Part shown: positions 1 to 3,022 of the stretch, piece by piece
Layout: each line of letters starts with the position of its first letter
Position numbering within the stretch: the stretch's first letter is position 1
IMG/VR virus record: IMGVR_UViG_2531839435_000013
DNA length: 3,022 bases
Origin: a virus
Taxonomy: Duplodnaviria > Heunggongvirae > Uroviricota > Caudoviricetes
Direction: 5' to 3' (one strand)
Position numbers and translations under genes: made by a program
Notes under the pieces: model-generated
What the model was told of the DNA's origin: nothing
Databases searched by the model: none
Seen by the model: the letters and a program-made list of their open reading frames with translations, nothing else

Positions 1-1020
1 CTACTTACTGACCACAAGCGGTAAATCCAGTGTTGGTGTGATTTTTGTTTTACGATCGTAAATCAACACCTGATTTTCTGTTTTGTGTCCACTGAAAATT
101 TGTTTGTCGCGACTGCTGCCTTCGTAATCTGAAATCCCTTTGGCTTTTATGTCATGGAAGTTGCACCCAAACGGAACGTCGGCTTTTTGCTCGGCTGCAC
201 GTTTGGCCTGATTCCACCAGTTGTTCAGTGTCTTAGCTATGACCTTCCCGCCTTTGGTTGTGTTGATCACATACTCGCATGTGCCGGAAGATACATTTCG
301 GGCTAACTGGATCGCCGTACGTAATCGTGGAGACCATTCCTTGATTTGTTTGGTGCCGGTCTTGTTTTGCTCAATGTAAATCCCTTTGTCCATAATATCC
401 TGCCATTTCAGCTCGAACACATCACCGAGCCTTGCCGCACAGAGATAGGATATCTCCATTGCAATACGTAACTGTGGAATTGCTTCCGCATATATCGCAG
501 CATACTGTTCATCGGTGATGTAAACGGTACGGGCTTTAAGCGTGAATTTTCTGACCCCTTTGCATGGATTATTTTTCACATACCCACGCTCATATCCCCA
601 TCCGTATACTCGACTCAGACTTGCCAGTTCATGGTTAGCCTGGGTCTTACTCTCAAGTCCCCGCTTATCCATGAAAATTCTTACCTGCTCAATTTTTACA
701 TTATCAGCAAGCACTTTTCCGAATACCGCCAACAATGCCCTTTGATGTTGCCGATAATCTTTTTGGGTTCGGGGGGCCAGTTCTGTAAATGCAGGGGAGT
801 CCATAAACATGTGCCATAATTTAGCTACAGTCATTATGTTGTGGAGTTTTGCTTTTTCCAGCTCATAATTTTGCCAGACTTTAGCTACGCTGGTTTCCCG
901 CAATCTTCCGAGCCCTATAGTTCTTGTGCTTCCTTCGGGTTTCCATACGTAACTGTAACCATTCGATCTAACTCGCGGTGGTAGTGCATTATCTTTTTTG
1001 TTTTTTCTTGGTCTTCCCAT
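1..1020 (-). CDS. int: Tyrosine-type site-specific recombinase (lambda-family phage integrase), complete, 339 aa
   Basis: Minus-strand ORF with ATG at 1020..1018 and TAG stop at 3..1. The N-terminus MGRPRKNKKDNALPPRVRSNGYSYVWKPEGSTRTIGLG resembles the lambda Int arm-binding N-terminus (MGRRRSHERRDLPP...FGLG, from memory). The C-terminal catalytic region is recognisable: Arg-I candidate R197 in AARLGDV (430..432), H289 in NFHDIKAKG (154..156), H312 in SGHK (85..87) and the nucleophile Y321 in LIYDRK (58..60), with lambda-like H-to-Y spacing. A GAGG about 10 nt upstream of the ATG could serve as RBS. The start overlaps the 3' end of the upstream xis-like ORF, as in lambda. Confidence 0.95.
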   Translation of the reverse strand: MGRPRKNKKDNALPPRVRSNGYSYVWKPEGSTRTIGLGRLRETSVAKVWQNYELEKAKLHNIMTVAKLWHMFMDSPAFTELAPRTQKDYRQHQRALLAVFGKVLADNVKIEQVRIFMDKRGLESKTQANHELASLSRVYGWGYERGYVKNNPCKGVRKFTLKARTVYITDEQYAAIYAEAIPQLRIAMEISYLCAARLGDVFELKWQDIMDKGIYIEQNKTGTKQIKEWSPRLRTAIQLARNVSSGTCEYVINTTKGGKVIAKTLNNWWNQAKRAAEQKADVPFGCNFHDIKAKGISDYEGSSRDKQIFSGHKTENQVLIYDRKTKITPTLDLPLVVSK

Positions 1021-1240
1021 TGTTCAGCGCCTCAAAATCGGGGTCAGCGGAAACCAGCTCAGGTGCTTTTGGCATCGTTGTCAGTCCGTGCGGAATATCC
1101 CTGCGAAGAACTATTGGTTCGTTTTTAGGACCGATTACAAATGGGATGCCGTGCAGCCTTAACTGGTGTTGTTGTTTTGTGTATCGCTTGTATTTCGTGA
1201 TCTCTTGAATCTCTGTTGGCGATAGCGTTAATTCGTACAT
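989..1240 (-). CDS. xis: Excisionase-like small basic protein (lambda Xis-like), 83 aa
   Basis: Minus-strand ORF with ATG at 1240..1238 and TAA at 991..989. It sits immediately upstream of int and overlaps it by 32 nt in another frame. The protein begins MYELTL (lambda Xis begins MYLTL, from memory), has a Pro/Gly-containing middle (IPFVIGPKNEP) and a lysine-rich C-terminal tail (GKTKKKQKR), as lambda Xis does. No strong Shine-Dalgarno is visible upstream. An in-frame stop at 1273..1271 rules out a longer N-terminus. Confidence 0.75.
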   Translation of the reverse strand: MYELTLSPTEIQEITKYKRYTKQQHQLRLHGIPFVIGPKNEPIVLRRDIPHGLTTMPKAPELVSADPDFEALNNGKTKKKQKR

Positions 1241-1306
1241 GTGGTCACGCGTCTTACAGCATGACCGCCGTCAATATAATTCGGAGACGGCGATCAGGGG
1301 TGAACA

Positions 1307-3022
1307 TTAAAAATCAACCGGATTCGGGATCAGTTTTTGCCAGATTGCTGAAACGTATTTTGCCTGGTAACGGGCGTCATCAAGTGCATTATGGCGCTCA
1401 CCTTCGAATGGAATAGCCGTTCTGGCATCGAAGTCTATGGCTTTCCCCAGCTCAACGATTGTGCGTACATCGCGATCGTTGTAGTAACGCCACGGGCAGG
1501 GGATCCCCTGCCGTTCGTATGAACGGCGCAAAATCGTGTTGTCGAAGTTGGCTCCATTTCCCCAGACCTGAACAAAAAATTCGCCGGAGTTTTCGTCGAT
1601 AAATTCCCGCAATTGTAACAGTGCATCATCTAACGGGATTTCATCGGTCATAATGGCAGATTGCGCCTCGCGTGATTGCTTAAGCCACCATTTAATGGTG
1701 TCACGATCAATGACTCCGCCAGCAGTTTCCAGATCGATAGTCTTACTAAATTCCGGTCCCATATCTCCGGTTTGCGGATCGAAAAATATTGCACCTATTG
1801 AGATGATCGGGGCATCAGGATTTTTTCCCATGGTTTCAAGGTCGATCATTAGATGGTCACACGTCCTGCTGGTGGATGTGATTTCGTGATGACCGTTCAC
1901 CTTAATTGGGTGATCTGCCGTCTCGCCAGTTTCATTATCGCTATTGTGATGCTGATTGCCGCCAGTGTTCTCCTTGTGTGGATGTTCAGCGCCTTCCATT
2001 TCCTCCGGATCATCTTCCTGAACTTCAACCTGGTTCTTGTCATCGAATGTTTCCTGGTATGTTGCGTCGCCCATCACCGCGCCACAATCAGGGCAGTTGC
2101 CGCCGCCGGTCTGACCGCAGGCGGTGCAGATTTTTTCCGGTTCCTGTTGCACTACTGGTTCAGGTTGTTTCGTTTCTGGCTCGTTTTGTTGCGTATTTGG
2201 GCTGTTTTGTTCCGCTTTCTGGTCGTTCTGTTCCGTTTCATGCTGGTTCTGGTTCACAGAATCGCGGGTCTGGAGCCCCTTAACCCATTTCGGATCATTC
2301 GGGTCGCTAATCCCTTCAACAAATTCACCACGTGATGCAGCAAGCAACTTATCGGCGTCAGGCTGGCTGATATTGGCTGCCTGCATAATTTTGTTTACTT
2401 CGTCAGCGGTAACTTTTATCGGCTCTGGTTGTTCTGAATCTTCAGCGGTATCTACATTTTGTTGTGAACCTGAGTATGTACTGTTTTTGCGGGCGAAATA
2501 TTCTTCTTTCGTGATTTCAGTAGCCCCGGCAGCCAGCGCCTTATCCAGACCAGAAAGTTTGTTTGCGCGACCGTATTTTTCGCCATCCTTATCTGCGAAG
2601 AGGAAATAGAACGGCCCCTCACGCTCTACAGATGGTTCGACTTCCACTTTGCATTCGGTTTTTTCGTTGTCCGGAATTGCCGTTTCCACTGCATCAGTTT
2701 CTGGTACTGGCGACGAGAGAGTATCAGTTGCGCTCTGATTTGTTCCTTCATCTTCAAACACGCCCTTTGTAGTCAGGTATTCAGTAATGTATTTGTTCAG
2801 TGCCACGGATCTTTGTGAATGTCGATCGGACGTCACGGACAAGGCCAAAAATAGTTGGCGGTCGTAGCGAAGGGCATCAGGCTGTTTGCGCATGATGCCG
2901 AGATACGCTTCCAGTCTTCGCGGTCGTTGTCGATAACTTCTTTTTTGCCCAGCGATGGATGCTGCCGTCAATGTTTCCGGCATCCACATCACCAGGCCAG
3001 AGAGCGTAGGCCAGTTCGTCAT
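1307..3022 (-). CDS. RecE-like protein with C-terminal DnaQ-like DEDDh 3'-5' exonuclease domain (often annotated as exodeoxyribonuclease VIII in lambdoid prophages); 5' end at window edge, true start uncertain
   Basis: A 571-codon minus-strand ORF ending at TAA 1309..1307. The C-terminal domain (about aa 388-571, nt 1310..1861) carries the three DEDDh motifs: Exo I in LMIDLETMG (D394 at 1841..1843, E396 at 1835..1837), Exo II in [11 protein letters not shown] (D494 at 1541..1543), Exo III in [11 protein letters not shown] (H544 at 1391..1393, D549 at 1376..1378). The central region ([25 protein letters not shown] ... [28 protein letters not shown] ... [10 protein letters not shown]) matches, from memory, the central part of E. 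coli RecE from the Rac prophage. The ORF begins with ATG exactly at the window edge, so the real gene may extend upstream (see findings). Confidence 0.85.
   Translation of the reverse strand: MTNWPTLSGLVMWMPETLTAASIAGQKRSYRQRPRRLEAYLGIMRKQPDALRYDRQLFLALSVTSDRHSQRSVALNKYITEYLTTKGVFEDEGTNQSATDTLSSPVPETDAVETAIPDNEKTECKVEVEPSVEREGPFYFLFADKDGEKYGRANKLSGLDKALAAGATEITKEEYFARKNSTYSGSQQNVDTAEDSEQPEPIKVTADEVNKIMQAANISQPDADKLLAASRGEFVEGISDPNDPKWVKGLQTRDSVNQNQHETEQNDQKAEQNSPNTQQNEPETKQPEPVVQQEPEKICTACGQTGGGNCPDCGAVMGDATYQETFDDKNQVEVQEDDPEEMEGAEHPHKENTGGNQHHNSDNETGETADHPIKVNGHHEITSTSRTCDHLMIDLETMGKNPDAPIISIGAIFFDPQTGDMGPEFSKTIDLETAGGVIDRDTIKWWLKQSREAQSAIMTDEIPLDDALLQLREFIDENSGEFFVQVWGNGANFDNTILRRSYERQGIPCPWRYYNDRDVRTIVELGKAIDFDARTAIPFEGERHNALDDARYQAKYVSAIWQKLIPNPVDF
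2129..2260 (-). repeat. Imperfect tandem repeats of about 21 bp inside the exonuclease gene, encoding a Q/E/N/P-rich low-complexity linker
   Basis: Plus strand 2178..2243 shows three similar units (ggctcgttttgttgcgtattt / gggctgttttgttccgctttct / ggtcgttctgttccgtttcatg). On the minus strand they translate to [43 protein letters not shown] (aa 255-297). This lies directly upstream of the CxxC-x7-CxxC motif. Confidence 0.5.

Noticed and set aside
542-819. Plus-strand ORFs 542..745 and 631..819 inside the integrase gene
   Set aside because: They are short, antisense to a confidently identified integrase, and have no recognisable motifs or translation signals.
1266-1292. Hairpin considered as a rho-independent terminator between the exonuclease gene and xis
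   Set aside because: There is no U/T tract after the stem on either strand and the loop is long (13 nt), so it does not fit an intrinsic terminator. It is kept only as a possible regulatory structure in the findings.
978-1416. Plus-strand ORFs 978..1208 (76 aa) and 1216..1416 (66 aa) across the xis region and the intergenic spacer
   Set aside because: They are antisense to xis and the exonuclease 3' end. The second is Arg-rich, as expected from the reverse complement of coding sequence. No supporting signals are present.
1435-1889. Alternate-frame ORFs inside the exonuclease domain (minus 1435..1629, plus 1653..1889)
   Set aside because: They fall entirely within the DEDDh domain coding frame, whose motifs are intact, so they are out-of-frame artefacts.
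1853-2335. Plus-strand ORF of 160 aa, very hydrophobic and F/L/V-rich, resembling a membrane protein
   Set aside because: It lies antisense to the Q/E/N-rich linker of the exonuclease gene. Reverse-complementing GAA/CAG/AAC-rich codons automatically gives TTC/CTG/GTT-rich ORFs. It has no RBS and no independent support, so it is a mirror-frame artefact.
1906-2609. Plus-strand ORFs 1906..2283 (125 aa, Arg/Cys-rich) and 2124..2609 (161 aa, Cys/Ser/Phe-rich)
   Set aside because: Both are antisense to the well-supported exonuclease CDS and have low-complexity compositions typical of shadow frames.
1-3022. Search for tRNA, CRISPR repeats, IS terminal inverted repeats, or defence-system cargo
   Set aside because: None seen. 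The window is fully accounted for by three co-directional phage genes and one 66-bp spacer, and the only repeats are the in-frame linker repeats in the exonuclease gene.

Overview
The window is the integration/excision module at one end of a lambdoid (lambda/Rac-like) enterobacterial prophage. Three genes lie head-to-tail on the minus strand: a large RecE-like protein with a C-terminal DnaQ-type (DEDDh) 3'-5' exonuclease domain (1307..3022, 5' end at the window edge), a small basic Xis-like excisionase (989..1240), and a complete lambda-family tyrosine integrase (1..1020). The int stop codon is the first three bases of the window, so the attachment site (attP/attL/attR) should lie just outside the left edge. 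I see no tRNA, rRNA, CRISPR array, IS element or convincing plus-strand gene, and no clearly novel multi-gene system. The points worth a second look are the domain architecture of the exonuclease, a Lys at the integrase Arg-II catalytic position, an ambiguous 5' end of the exonuclease gene, and a short structured intergenic region. All homology statements come from reading the translations by eye and from memory, and need a database search to confirm.
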